Shown here one piece after another: positions 50,658-64,000 of a stretch of DNA of 64,000 nucleotides. The notes beneath the pieces are model-generated. The model did not search any database, had not been told where the DNA came from, and saw nothing but the letters and a program-made list of their open reading frames with translations. Position numbers and translations under genes: made by a program. Positions within the stretch are counted from its first letter, which is position 1, and every line of letters begins with the position of its first letter. The stretch comes from Octopus sinensis (Eukaryota): NCBI RefSeq assembly GCF_006345805.1, contig NC_043011.1, positions 60,276,464-60,340,463 of the forward strand, in the 5' to 3' direction.

Positions 50658-53600
50658 CACTTAGCTGCTGCTAACCCATAACAATAAACCTGATTTTGGA
50701 CATCTGTTACAAATGAATAACTATTTAGAAAATAACTATTTTTTCATCTCCTAACCACTTTAAATCAAGCAAGCAGTAGGGGCTGATGAAACTAGTGATG
50801 GTTTACATAGGCGGTTGATAAGTATAAACACTCTAAAACTAGAATATATTGGTTGGTCACAAAGGAAGTGGAGAGTTCTAATGTTTTGGGTAGTATCTCT
50901 CTTTGAAGAGTTACAACATAAACAGATTGAGAGTAAAGAAAGAGAGAAGAAGAAGAAAAAAAGAGAGAAAGTATGATGACTACTGGGAGTTAAAGACTGC
51001 AGAGCAACATGCATTGGACTGTAACCAGACAAACAAAGGAAATAATCAATGAGAATGCAAGCAATTTTATAAATGAAGACAGGAGAGGTTTAAGACTTTT
51101 GTGACCAAATTTCGTCTGAATTACACACCTTTTGTGTCAATAAATTTTGAAAACAATAAAGAATTTTGTTGTTGTTAAACTGGTTTGGAATATAAATTAA
51201 CTAGAAGGGCGGTTTTAGCTTAGCAGCATTTCTTCCAGTTCTTTTTGTTCTAAGTTCAAATAATGCCAAGTTCAACTTGTCTTTCATCCTTTCAGAGTTA
51301 AGAAAATACAGTACCAGTTAAGTTCTGGCAAAATTTGAAACTATTATTATTATCATGTTTCAACTTTTGTCAAACATATTCTGCATTTTGAGGAAGGTAT
51401 AATGGGAAGTGTTTATTTAAAAAAAAAACAAAAAGAGAAAATTTGCTTAATCAGAAAAAAGAAGGACAGTAACTATAACCATTTTTGTGGGTTATAAACT
51501 AATTGTAAAAGGGAGAAATAAGTCAAGACTTGTGGGCAATCTTCATTTTGGAGACCAGGTGTGAATACTTGCAATAAAGTAGGCTCAGGTGGTGGTGGTG
51601 AATAAGGTAATGGATTAAGTATATCACTCAAGAACAAGCACAGATTACCCAATGAAACCCCTCAGTTTTCATCAACAAAAAACCATGGTAGAAGACAAGT
51701 TCAAATTGCTATGAAGGGAGATCAAAACTGAAACCATTTGAAGCAAATATTTTAACCATGTGGCCCTATCTTTGGTCGAGAAAACTTGCTGAGCACTTTG
51801 AAATACCTTTTACCTTTTACTTGTTTCAGTCATTGGACTATGGCCATGCTGGGGCACCACACTGAAGTTGAATGAATTGATTCCAGTACTTATTTTCTTT
51901 AAGGCCTGGTACTTATTCTATCAACTATTTTAATGAACTGCTAAGTTATAGGGGCTTAAAGAAGCCAATACTGATTGTCAAATGGTGGTGAGGGACAAAC
52001 ACACACAAAAACACACATACATAAACAATGGGTTTCTGTCAGCTTCAATTCACCAAATCCATTCATAAGGTTTGGGTTGGCCTGGAGCTAAGGCACAAGA
52101 TACTTGCCCAAGGTACCATGCACTGGGACTGAACTCAAGAAGTGTATGGGTGAGAAGTGAATGTCTTACCACACAGCCATGCTTGCCCTTATTTTACTCA
52201 GATATTGATACTGAACAAAACAGTTATCCACAGAAAATCAGAAGAACACCAGATTTCTTCATAGGAAAGATAGCTGACTATAAAGCACAAGTTCTATATA
52301 AGATCTTTAGATTTTCAGAAGCATTCAATTTATCTTGTTAATAGAGAAAAAGAATTATATTCATTTATAAAAAAAAATCTATTTCTGACAAACACCTAAT
52401 ACTTTCTGAAACAGTCTCATATGAATGCAAATGATATAATAAAAATATAATTCCAATAAAATATATAATTCTAACAGAGATCAATAAAAAGAGAAAATCT
52501 CAATTAAGAACTAAAGACCAAATTAATGATAATTGTATCTTGAATAGTATTTTGGAATAGCATGTTGAGTGTAAATTATATTAACAGTCCAGGTTTTTCA
52601 TACTGGATATAATGTTGATTAGCGTAAAGGAATCATATAACAGTCAAACAAGACTGTGGTTGTATCTTGTTTCAATATAAAAATAATTAAAATTTAATCT
52701 TTTAGTACAAAATGCAATTGCATAGAAAACTTTCTTTCCCATGATTTCACTGATATTTAAGCTAATTTCAAAAATCTAGAGTAAAAATATAATTTAAATT
52801 TTTGGTGTAATGAAAGCATTGAAATAAAGCACTGAGTGATTCCAAGCACTGATACAAAGAAGTCACTGGATTTCATAGGAGTTGTGAAACATTACATGAC
52901 TATTAGTAATGAAATGAATAATGTCCAATGAAATAAAACAAAAATAAAATATCAACAAGGTTTTCTATATCAGCAATGCCATTTCAAGAAACAATTAAGG
53001 ATCATTATCACTGAAAAATTCCCAGAACAATCTACAGAACAAATACTGGAACTGAAATATCGTTTACAAATTATATACGATGGTGTTTAACATTTTTTAT
53101 GTAGCAGTAATTTTGAGGGTTAGATAGACCTACAAAACAGTAGGCCTTAGTTGGGAGTCAATGAAAAAGAAAACTCCTTTTCAAGTTTGATTAGACTAAA
53201 ATATTTAATGGTTTATAGTAAAGGAATAAAATAGATTTTATTTTCTGTCTAATCTATAGTTGCTAGTTATAAAGCAAGAAAGGAATTCCTATCTTTTAAA
53301 ACCAATACTGCAAAATAAAACTTTGAATGTACATAATTAGAATTTAAAATGCCAAAATATTGATTAGTAAAAGTATTAAAAAAAATGAGAAACAAAATTA
53401 TATAAAACTAAACAAATATATATTTTCTTTGGAAGTTTTTGCCTCAAATTAAGACATCATCAAAGTTAGTAAACACCATAAAGAGACAGAAACCAGCAAC
53501 ATTCTAGTCAAGCTTTTGTATACTTTTTTTTACCCCGCTCATCTTCATAGAGGTAGTTATAAATTTTACTTATAGTTCTTTGATGTAAACTATCTTAACA

Positions 53601-53861
53601 AGCCTGACATCTGAACAATTTAGGAGAAACCTAATTTAGCTTAGCTATCTTTAACTATCATTATTGATTTTTTTTTATATATTATTTACTTAATGAAGTC
53701 TAAACCAATTGTTACTTACATTTACTCATTCAACAAGTAATTGAAAACTGACTTATTAAAAACTCTAAACTTTATAACAGTATATATACACTAATCTGTT
53801 ATCATAGTAAAGCCAGCATTATGTGTGTATTTATTTATATATTATATATATATATATATAT

Positions 53862-53954
53862 ATATGAATAAAAAATGGAGTTAACGCAGGTTTAAACAAG
53901 TCGAAAGTAAAAATACTTGTTTAAACCTGCGTTAACTCCATTTTTTATTCATAT
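53862..53954. repeat. Perfect 40-bp inverted repeat with 13-nt loop, starting a (TA)n-flanked insert
   Basis: ATATGAATAAAAAATGGAGTTAACGCAGGTTTAAACAAGT (53862-53901) is the exact reverse complement of 53915-53954. Confidence 0.95.
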
Positions 53955-54134
53955 TATTCAAAATATTCAACGTAAACACGAAGTTTCAACTTTTATAACA
54001 AGGAGTTACAACACCTTTACTTGTGAGATTTTTGCTGCCCTGGTAACTATTTATTTTTATTTTTTCCGTGTTAATTGTTCACAAGGTAAAAATACACTCA
54101 TCTATTTAATTAATATATATATATATATATCTAT

Positions 54135-54166
<32 letters not shown>

Positions 54167-54479
54167 ATACATATTATATACTAAACCTGGAGAGGTGAAT
54201 TAACAAGATTATATGTATGGACAAGGCAGGAGTTATGTAATCCTGGCAGTAATTACTGAAACATGTATGTTTTATAAATTTGTTTTCTGTATTTTATTAA
54301 TACAACACACACACAAAATACATAATTGGTGTTTAGGATATGTACCACTCTCAGACTAGACTTGAATTAAGAACCTTTCCTAAACTAAGAGTGATAAAAT
54401 TCATATCCTCAGAGGTGTACTGTTGCTTTCTACAACAACTCATCTCCAAAATTTAGCATTTGGTACATTTAGGCAAGTT

Positions 54480-54524
<45 letters not shown>

Positions 54525-54949
54525 GAGATTCAATTGAATTCGGTATTTAATTTGAAGTTAGGGTTCCAAGTCAGTCCAGTATTATCTACACAGCTGAAGT
54601 AAGGTGAATAAAATCAAAATAAACAACACTTCTTGATATCTTGTTGATTATTTTGTTTATATATATATCATTCAGATGTAGGATTCATTAGAACCCAGGT
54701 ATTTCAACATGCAAGATGCTGGGAACAGTTGGGTAATGGGCTCAATATATACAAGTAGATACCAAAAAAATATATACACTTATACATATAAACATATATA
54801 CTGCCTTATACATATATATATGTGCATACACATATGTACAAATATATGCACACACATGCAAGTACTTGATCCAATGTAAATTATAGAAGCAACCCTGGGA
54901 TGGTTGCAAGTATAGTGGTTGTACAAAAGAAGAAAACAAATGGAATTTT

Positions 54950-55220
54950 AAATGCCTCGACTGGCCTATGTCTGGTGGCATGTAAAAAGCACCAACTGAT
55001 TGTGGCCGTTGCCAGCCTCGCCTGGCACCTGTGCTGGTGGCACATAAAAAGCACCCATTACACTCACAGAGTGGTTGGTGTTAGGAAGGGTATCCAGCTG
55101 TAGAAACACTGCCAGATTAGACTGGTGCCTGGTGCAGCCTCCTGGCTCCCAGACCCCAGTCAAACCGTCCAACCCATGCTAGCATGGAAAATGGACGTTA
55201 AACAATGATGATGATGATGA
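54950..55220 (+). mobile_element. Family E repeat (RTE 3' UTR-like)
   Basis: Same as 47645-47925; ends in (GAT)n. Confidence 0.8.
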
Positions 55221-55463
55221 CAACAGCTGTTTCAGAAGCATTTTCTATATTACGTCATCCCCAAAAATCTGCCATCATCAGGTGATGTTAAACACTTGCC
55301 TTGCTAAACATTTAGCAAATTGGTCAATTTAAATTCTCTATCTACCTATATGATTATTTGATTTTAAAAAAATCATCTGAGGTTGACATATTTTTTACAT
55401 GATGTAATCAAAGTAACTGAAGTATTCATCAATAAAGAAATGTTGCTGAAACAGCTGTTGTGA
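55218..55463. mobile_element. Head-to-head inverted pair of hammerhead-bearing units (Penelope inverted pLTR-like)
   Basis: Terminal 24-mers match 22/24 in inverted orientation, and similarity continues to the CTGA core; both copies end GAAA-CAGCTG-TT. Confidence 0.6.
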
Positions 55464-55599
55464 ATTTTTAAACTCCATTTGTGTTCTTTTATTTATGTAC
55501 ATATGTACACACACACACATACAAACATATATGTATACAGTCTTCTGATTATAAAACTGGAAGAGAAGAGTCAATGATAGTTTTGATATTAGATGTCTA

Positions 55600-55910
55600 C
55601 TCAATCAATTTACCCTTTTACTCAACCAAAACTAACTTAGGGTTGAACAGCAACACTAGCACAAGACTGTATACAAGAGGATATTTAACATTTGATAAGT
55701 AATGGTAATTTTGGTGATATACGTCTGCATAAGCAGAGATCTACTTTTTCTCATTTCACTTGCAATGGATTTTCATTCATATGCAACAATATCCATTATC
55801 AGTATATGTCCATATCAATCTAAAAAAATGACACTTGTAGGAGTTCTCAAAGTCTCACACTGGTCCTTTGCATGCATTATCCTCCAAGAAAAAGTCCATC
55901 AGAATTAACT
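55600..55910 (+). pseudogene. Possible decayed hAT transposase fragment
   Basis: Broken frames give EFSKSHTG followed by CIILQEKV, resembling the hAT 'SHTG..IA..L' region; weak. Confidence 0.25.
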
Positions 55911-56674
55911 ACTGCCAGCAAACCTACAGCACCTTCTAGCTTCACTGTGAAGAAACCAAATCGATATGACAGCCTCTAAACAGTTGTTCAAACTGCAGGA
56001 AATAGAAGTTAAATCTCCCACAATTCAGAACCTATTCTTATATAAGATAGAAAGGAAACATTAAATGATGTATTTTCAAAAGATAAGATTTCTTCTACCA
56101 TAGTTCTGTTTGATCATGGCTGATTACAATGACTTATCTACAATGAGCTAACAAAGAAGCCTCTGTGTAGTTAGTTGACATACTAAAAATAGAAACCAAA
56201 CTCCCCACAATTAGAACCCATTTTTTTTAAGCAAAAAGAGAAAAGGACCTGTTAAATTACATAATTCTAGTAGCTCTTTAAAAAATAGGGTCATCCTGAC
56301 TGGAATGTCATTGGCTATAGGTTTTGATGACAGTCGACAAGAAAACAGCAACAACAATGAAAAAAATAAAGAAGGCATTTCCCTAAAGTATTAAATTCAT
56401 TGTGTGGGGATGAGGAAAAATACCTTGCTAAGAAACAAGTGAAAGCTGGCAACAGGAAAGGCATCCAGTGATAGAAACTTTGCCTCCAGAAATTCTATGG
56501 AACCAATGCTAGCCTAGAAAAGGGGAAGTTAAAATGAGAAGATGACAATGGTGATTCTCTGGCTAATTACATTGTTAGTAACAGATTGTTCATAAACACT
56601 TTTGTTTCTCAATCTATATCAATGATATTCTCTAATTATCTTCAGTTACCACATTTTAGCATTTACAAATATTT

Positions 56675-57050
56675 CAGTCATGGCTGTGTGGTAAGAAGCT
56701 TGCTTCCCAGCCATGTGGTCCTGGGTTCAGTCCCAATGTGTGATATCTTGAGCAAGTATCTTCTACTATAGCCTTATGCTGACCTAAGCCTTGTGAGTGA
56801 ATTTGGTAGATAAAAACTGAAAGAAGCCTGTCGTGTGTGTGTTTGTCCCCACCACACACAGACCCACACACTTGACATCCAGTGTTGGTGTGTTTACATC
56901 ACTGTAACTTAGCAGTTTGGCAAAAGCCACAGATAGAATAAGTACCAGTCTTAAAACAAAATAAATACTGGGGTTGATACATTCACTTAAAAAATATTTT
57001 TCAAAGTAGTGCTCCAGCATGGCCACCATCAAAGAAGAGATATGAAATAA
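56675..57050 (+). mobile_element. Full-length SINE family B
   Basis: Head GGCTGTGTGGTAAGAAGCTTGCTTCCCAGCC through tail GTGCTCCAGCATGGCC. Confidence 0.8.
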
Positions 57051-60000
57051 AATATGAAAACAAAGAAATGTATGCATGTCCAATTGAAGTGCTAAGATAA
57101 ATATACAGAAATATGCAATTAACAGCCACATTAACTTTTTATTTTTGTAGTAACTACTGTTGGTTGTAGGAACATATGAACAAGACCTTGCCCTCCAACT
57201 CAACTTAGAGGGTAATAATTTGGAAAAAATATGGAACTGACTCAGACTATGACAATCTATTGAATCTAAGCCACGATGGAAAGCAGACAAATGAAGATAT
57301 GATGACAATGATAATGTGGATTATATTTATATTTGAGATGGAGAGAAAAAAAGAGAATTTAGGTGAAAAAGAAAAACCTTGTTAGTGAAATATGATAGAG
57401 AGAAACCTCATGTTATAACTTTAGAAAATGTAATTAAACAAATCAATAAAAAAATCAGTAAAATATTATTCTTAAAAATACTAGCTAAGTTTGATCAGAA
57501 TTGTGTGGAAATCAGCTTTTAGTAAGCACATGTAAAGCAAAGCAAAATTTGGCTTGCATCTTTTGATGTTAAAAAGGATGAAAGATTTTCCACATCTGAA
57601 GATAAAACTTCTAACATATATTAGTTTGAACAGAAATAAGTGTTATGTATAAAATCAGTGTTGTAGATTTAGTTTTAAAATATGCAATTTAGTATTTCGA
57701 GTGAAGATTGTATCAATACTATATTGCTACCATAACTGTCATCATCATCATTTAGTGTCCATTCTAGACATTGGCATGGACTGAGTAATTTGGCAGAAAG
57801 CAACAAGTTTGAGGTCAGTGCCATACTCCAATATTGTTTTGGTATGGTTTATATGGTGAGAAGCTCTTCCTAATGCCAACCACCTTACAAAGTGTACTGA
57901 GTGCTTCTTTCATTGCACAATAACTAGTAAGGGTGCCTTTGCCCGGCAACTTGCAAAACTAAGATGTCAAAAGAGGCCCATATAACAGAAGATGAATGGA
58001 GAGAGAGAGAGAGAGATGATTTTAGGTAAGGTGATAAGAGAAGGTGAAATATGTTGAGAAGAACAGCTAACTTCGCCCAAATGCTTGTAACAGAGTAGAC
58101 TCTGCTAAAGTTGCCCCAGGTGTCAGGTAACGGTGTTAAACTGGGTGACATGTGAAGTCTACCCTAACCCAATGAGGCCATGGCAAGATTTTATCTCAGA
58201 ATGCAAAGAAACAACAAATTTCACAAGACATCTGGTTTAACATGTTCAGAGTTAAAGCTAACCCAACAGCCTAGACTGGTACATTTTAAATGACTCCTGG
58301 AAGGATGAAAGGAGAAGTTAACCAGAGTGGGATTTGAACTCAGAGTGAAAACAAATAGAACAAATACCACAGGCTATCCTGTCTGACATTATTAATATTG
58401 CACAAATCCACCACCTTTGGTCAGTAATTTTTTTTATCAACTCTAGATGGCTTTGGCAAGATTCGAACCCAATGCATGGAGTATCAGAACAAATACCATG
58501 AAGTATTCTGTCTGATGTTCTAACCACTTAACCAATTCAATACCTGTATGCTTAAATCCAATGAGCTCCAGCACTGATTCTGTTTACCAAATATCACTCA
58601 CATGGCTTATATATTAAAATATTTATGAAGTCAAGTTTACTAAATTCTTGATCTTGCATAAAATTAATTATTTTTCTCACAAAGGGAATCTCTTGAAAAT
58701 AACTAGTTAATTTTCAAATTTGTCTTCTTTAGGAGAAAAGTCTTGTTTACAAGAAATTTTCTTAAAAAGAAGAAAGAAAAAAAGGAAAGTAACAGTATAA
58801 AATATGAAGATTCATTTTTAACAAAAATTAGATCTTGTAAACTTTTTAGTCAACAACAAGGAAGAGAAATGATAAAAAAAGATAAATGAAATTTATAATT
58901 ATTGTGGTAACTATTATGAAAAATGTTGGCACAAGATTTAATTCTTATTCTAAAGAATTTTATATCTTGACAGTTGTATTGCATAACTAATGATATAAGT
59001 TTGAATACATTTTTGCTAAGAGCATTACCTTTGCTAATTTCTTAACTATATTAGTGGCTGTCAAATCAAAATAGTTGAAAATTATGATTTTAAACTACTT
59101 GAAAACAATGATAATATTAAACATATACTTCAGCCATCATTTCTTTCCTCTTATTTAGGAATATTTTTATATTTTAATATTATATATGACATTTATTTAT
59201 CCTATTTTAAAATTACTTCGTTTACACTCAGATATTTTTTTTCGTTTTACATGTATTACATTTTTGTTTGGTTTATATTCCTTGCACATATTTTCAGATC
59301 CTCTGCTTCTGCATTCCTCAGTTTTAAATTTCTAATACAGAATTTTAACAGTCTTGACCACTATTTCATTGGTTCCAATGAAATAGGATCAGAAATAAAT
59401 GATCTGTATTGAAACACAATTTAAAGACATGTTTATATGTAGAAGTAGGGTATCTAGAGATAATTGAAGAATGAAACTAACAATATAGAGGTAAAATATG
59501 CAAAAAATGTGGCTAAGATTCCATGAATTAAAGATCATTCCTTGTAAACATTGATTTTTTTCTTTTATACTATCTTCAGTTTAGTGATAAAATTGCCAAT
59601 GCAAAAATAGATGCTTTTACATTCTTTTACAGGTTTCAACTATTGAACTATGGCCATGCTGGGGCATTGCTATAAGGGATTTTGGCTGAGTGTCAACTTC
59701 AGTACCTTGGTTGGTACTTTATTCATTTCACAAGGGACAAAGACAAAATTAATTAGGGTGTGTGTGTGTGTGTGTGTGGTAATGATAGACAACCAAACTG
59801 GAATCAAATGCTATAAGGTATCTTTATCCAACATACCAATTATGCAACTATTTGCTGATCTAAACACACACACACACACACACACATATTCAGTGACCTT
59901 CAGCATAGTTTCATTCACAAGAATTTGGCTCACCCTGAGGCCAGAAGTAGGAGCAATTATTCTCACATCAATAGGATTTGCAATTTTAAACCTTATGTGA

Positions 60001-60739
60001 GTGATATTTACTTCTCAGCATGCTAACATGCAACAGATAACATTGCTCAAGAATACAACTCAATGCATTTGGATCACTAAAAATATACTGTCTTCCATAG
60101 TTCAACATTAAATAAGGTGTTGTCTTGTTCTACTGGGAGAACATCAGCTGTTTGTGATAAATATGGACATATTTAATAGTTGTGATACACACAATTGAGA
60201 ACTGCTGCATCCTACAGAGCAGCATAAACTAATCAATAAATATTATATCTATTGATCTCCTTCTCTTAAATAAGTTTATTTATTGATGTTCTGCAAATGT
60301 ACATTCATTTTTGTTCTTTAATTCTTGTACTGGCTTCAATCATTGGACTACAGTCATGCAGAGGTGCTAACAAGGATATAGTCAATCAATTCATTCCCCC
60401 AGTAACTAGTTAAGTCTGATATGTATTCTATCAGAATTTTTGGTCAAGTGCTCAGTTATAGGGTCATAAATAAGGAAACACCAGTCGTCAAGCACTGAAG
60501 AATGGTCAAATACAAATACATGAACACACAAACACATATTATACACATACACAACAGGTTTCCAGACAGTTGGCATCTACCCACAAGGGACTGGTCAGCT
60601 TAAGGATATAATAGTAGACATTTATCCAACGTTCCATGCTGTAGTACTGAACTTAAAACCATATGGTTGTGGACTTGTAAACCACGCAACCATGTCTGCA
60701 TCCATATATAAATATTAATTTCCTTAACTTAATATTTTA

Positions 60740-61240
60740 GCATTTTCTAAAACTGTTCGCCTTTTCCAATATTGTATTGAGTTGTTGAGAAATGCTAAAT
60801 TTATGCTGCAGTCATTTGTTTTCCAAGAATATTCCTTCATAATTCAGCTTTTGTTGCAAACTTTTGGCAATTTCAATTTGAGATCCAAGAATTTGTCAGT
60901 TGAGTTCAATATTAATTGGCCAACTATCAGATTGTAACATCATTTATGTCTCTTTTCCCCAACAGCTACAATACTCTATGCTTTTTCTGAGTTTGCTACA
61001 AGCAAATAACTTCACCTAAATCTACTTCTTCATTCACTTTGCAGCCATATACTTCCAATGAAGCAGTTTTCCAATAATTGTTCAGCAAAACTCACTTCCT
61101 AACATAATTTCCATCCAACCAGAATCAGCCTTCAAATGTTCAAGTATACATTGACCCTTCTGTTACCATATTTCTGTAGAAATAGACTGCCTTGCTTCAA
61201 TCAATTTAAGAACATTAATAAGATGATGTTTGTGGAACAT
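60740..61240 (-). pseudogene. Decayed pogo/Tigger-like transposase C-terminal fragment
   Basis: INVLKL..EARQSISTEIW resembles the 'INVL.AI...AW..V...TI.NCW' end of pogo/Tigger DDE domains; many stops. Confidence 0.4.
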
Positions 61241-63619
61241 AAATTAACACAAATTTTTTCTTGAAGGTTTTAAGAAAGTTTTTAAAAAAACCACTTTAAA
61301 AAATATGTTTCAAAGAACTATGGTGGTCTCACAGCAGGGTTGGCTGTTAACTGCTAACTGATTGACCCTGCTGTGCCACCACCAATCCAACGTGAGCATA
61401 TCTGATGGTTTGGGTAGAAGAAGAAGGAGGAGGAGGAGGAGGAGGAGAAAGTATAGTGTTTAAGACTAACTGTTAAAAAGATCTTGTCTTTTCAGCGTTC
61501 ATAAATTTTCTCTGCAAAATGTACAGTTGTGTGTGTTATCTTTAATGAGTATAGGTGCAAGCATGGTTGTGTGGTTGAAAAGTTTTAGTTTCAGTCTCAC
61601 TGTGTGACACCTTCAGCAAGATTTTACTACCATATCTCAGACTGACTACCTAATCCACTCTCAAAGGCTTGTGAGTGGATTTGGCAGATGGAAACTGAAA
61701 GAAGCATTTATGGGTGTGTGTGTGTGTGTGTTCATGCCCACCTTTGTCATTCCTTGACTTGACATAATGTGATAATTGTAATCAAGTGTCACTGTGATTT
61801 CATTTGCTTCCAATCCACCATAAAAAACATGTCCTTTGTGACTGGAAGGACATTTGGCTATAGAAAACTTGTCTCAACGAATTTTGCCTGACTCATGTAA
61901 GCATGAAAGAGCGTAAATGATGATGATGATGATGACGATGATGATGATGAAGAGGAACATCATTTATCTTTTGTGCTTTACTTGTTGCAGCCATTGGACT
62001 GCAGCCATGCTGGGGGCACTGCCTTGAAATCTTTAATTGAACACATTGATTCTAGTACTTAATTATTTTAACCATGGCACTTATTCTGTTGGTTTTTTTT
62101 TTGCTGAACTGCTAAGTGATAGAGATGTGAAGAAACTAGTATTGGTTATCAAGGGGTGGGAGCAAACATAACACAGACACAGACACACACATATATATAT
62201 GTATATATATGTTACACACACAAAGATACAAAGACATATATAGTGACACACATGATGATGATGGTGATCTTTACTGTATATGTTGTTGGTCAAGATAAAA
62301 TCCACAAATATTGTTTCTTAATCTTGAGTTAATGACATAAGGTGAAGCAGTAACATGATAAATTTTTCATTCAAAATTGATTTTGTAGCATTTTATTTTC
62401 CCTTAAAGCTGAGTGTACTTATATCTCATTTATTTTCTTTAAGATGGTAGTGTCTCATTTGAATGAAATTTGCTGCTATTTCTATTAAGTCAATGATCTA
62501 CATAACAGCACACATCAAAAGAGTTAAGATTAATGAGGAATTTTTTTTTTTGAACACATCAGTAAATTGTAGACAATACCATGTGACACAACTGAAGTAA
62601 TTTCCTTTTATTTTCTCGATGCTGGCATAAATCTTAAGAAAGTTCTCAGAAAATATAGAACATTTGCTGAACAACCATGTGAACTGAAATGTGTACTAAC
62701 ACAATATGATAACGGAGAATCAAATTGGAACTCATGACATAAATGGAAAAGTCCAATACCTTATTTATACATTTAGCCATTTTGTTACCTGAAAACTAGA
62801 TTGATATTCATAGATTTTCTTCTCTTTCTTTCTCTTATAACTTGGACTATGCAAATGAAAACAAAAATTTTACTACAAGTCCTCACACAGCCACAGCAAA
62901 ATGACTGAAATGAGCAAAAGAGTAAAAGCTTTCACTACTTCTCCAGTCATTGCATTAAGAGCCTTTACAGAACAAATATTCTTTACCACACAAAACTAAT
63001 TTTCTAAATTGATGAAAGTCTTTCTGTCAATATATTGCTAACACAAGTAAAAGAAAAAGATAAGTTTTGTAAAGATCCCTTCTAAGAAATAAATGTAAAA
63101 ATTAGAATTCTCCTATTTGCTAGGGTGTGTGTGTATAAAGCTATATAAATCACGTTCGTGTTATACAAAACGTATTTTGAATGCATGATAAATTATAGTT
63201 TACTTTACAAATGCAACAACACAGTCTAGTGGAAGTAAAAAATATATGCATGGAAAAATAATAGTCAAAAACAAATTTGGTGACAATCTGATGATTGTTC
63301 TTTTGTATGTTACATTCTTAAGCTAAGAATAATAACCACACCCGTCCTAAGAGTTAGTATTCAAGTAGAATTGAAGTGAAATGTGATGTAGTCAGTTTTT
63401 TTTTAGTCTGTGTGTGGATTTTGTTTTAGCTGTCTGAATAATTAATTCATGCTTAAGTAATGATTAATGGAAAGGTATGCTGGAATGTCTTACAACTACT
63501 TTCAGCATAGATAATATGCATAACATGAAGGAATTATAATATTAATGTCTAATACTTATGATTCTAGTTGCACTTTGTATCTTTTAAATATAAGAGGTCT
63601 GAGTCATTCAGAGTTTTAA

Positions 63620-64000
63620 ATTTTGTCAGGAACCTTAGAACATTGGTCCTCACAGAGGCAATGACAGGAGACTGAGACCTTTGGAGATATGCTGTGATTG
63701 AGAAGACACAGCAACTAAATTGAGATTGCAGACATGCATGTCCGGCCCAGTTAAAGAGTACCCTTGATGCGTCATGCGATATGATATGCTTGAGAAGACC
63801 TGTTGAATCAAGTAAAACCAATATTGTAGCTGTGGCTAGTGCCTCCGACTGGCTCCAGTGCTGGTGGCACATACAAAGCACAAACCAAATGTGGCTGATG
63901 CCAGTACCCCTTGACTGGCTCTTGTGCTGGTGGCATATTCAAAGCACCAACCAAATGTAGCCAATGCCAGTACCCCAACTGGCCCCCATGCCAGTGGCAT
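63620..64000 (+). mobile_element. RTE 3' end / family E repeat with ~66-bp internal tandem units, running off the window
   Basis: GAGGCAATGAC..GAGACCTTTGG..GCTTGAGAAGACC, then repeated GTGGCA..CAAAGCAC..CCAAATGT..GATGCCAGTACCCC. Confidence 0.6.

Noticed and set aside
52072-52341. ORF tail DIDTEQNSYPQKIRRTPDFFIGKIADYK...
   Set aside because: Its 5' half is a SINE, and there is no supported donor or linkage to other exons.
63850-64000. Repeat-spacer-like periodicity (also 47660-47760, 54970-55050)
   Set aside because: These are degenerate tandem units inside an RTE 3' UTR repeat, without unique spacers or cas genes, so not CRISPR.

Overview
AT-rich, microsatellite- and repeat-dense eukaryotic DNA; the repeat families suggest an octopod cephalopod (inference). 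No prokaryotic genes, CRISPR array, rRNA or intact tRNA gene were found, and most ORFs in the supplied track are chance or microsatellite ORFs. The window looks mostly intronic. Four or five short minus-strand exons with canonical splice sites (30493-30583, 28929-29034, 14621-14695, 2368-2504, possibly 29559-29633) outline an unidentified protein-coding gene. The introns hold a 5'-truncated Tx1/L1-clade LINE, an R4/Dong-like fragment interrupted by a TA-duplicating MITE, RTE, mariner and pogo/Tigger remnants, two TTAA (piggyBac-type) MITEs and many SINEs. The most unusual signal is six type I hammerhead-ribozyme motifs in short, mostly microsatellite-flanked non-coding insertions: one near-intact at 25680-25757, three decayed, and a head-to-head inverted pair at 55218-55463. 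This pattern fits Penelope-like pLTR fragments or non-LTR retrozymes. There is also a perfect 40-bp-stem hairpin at 53862-53954. Everything was read by eye; repeat boundaries marked ~ are approximate.
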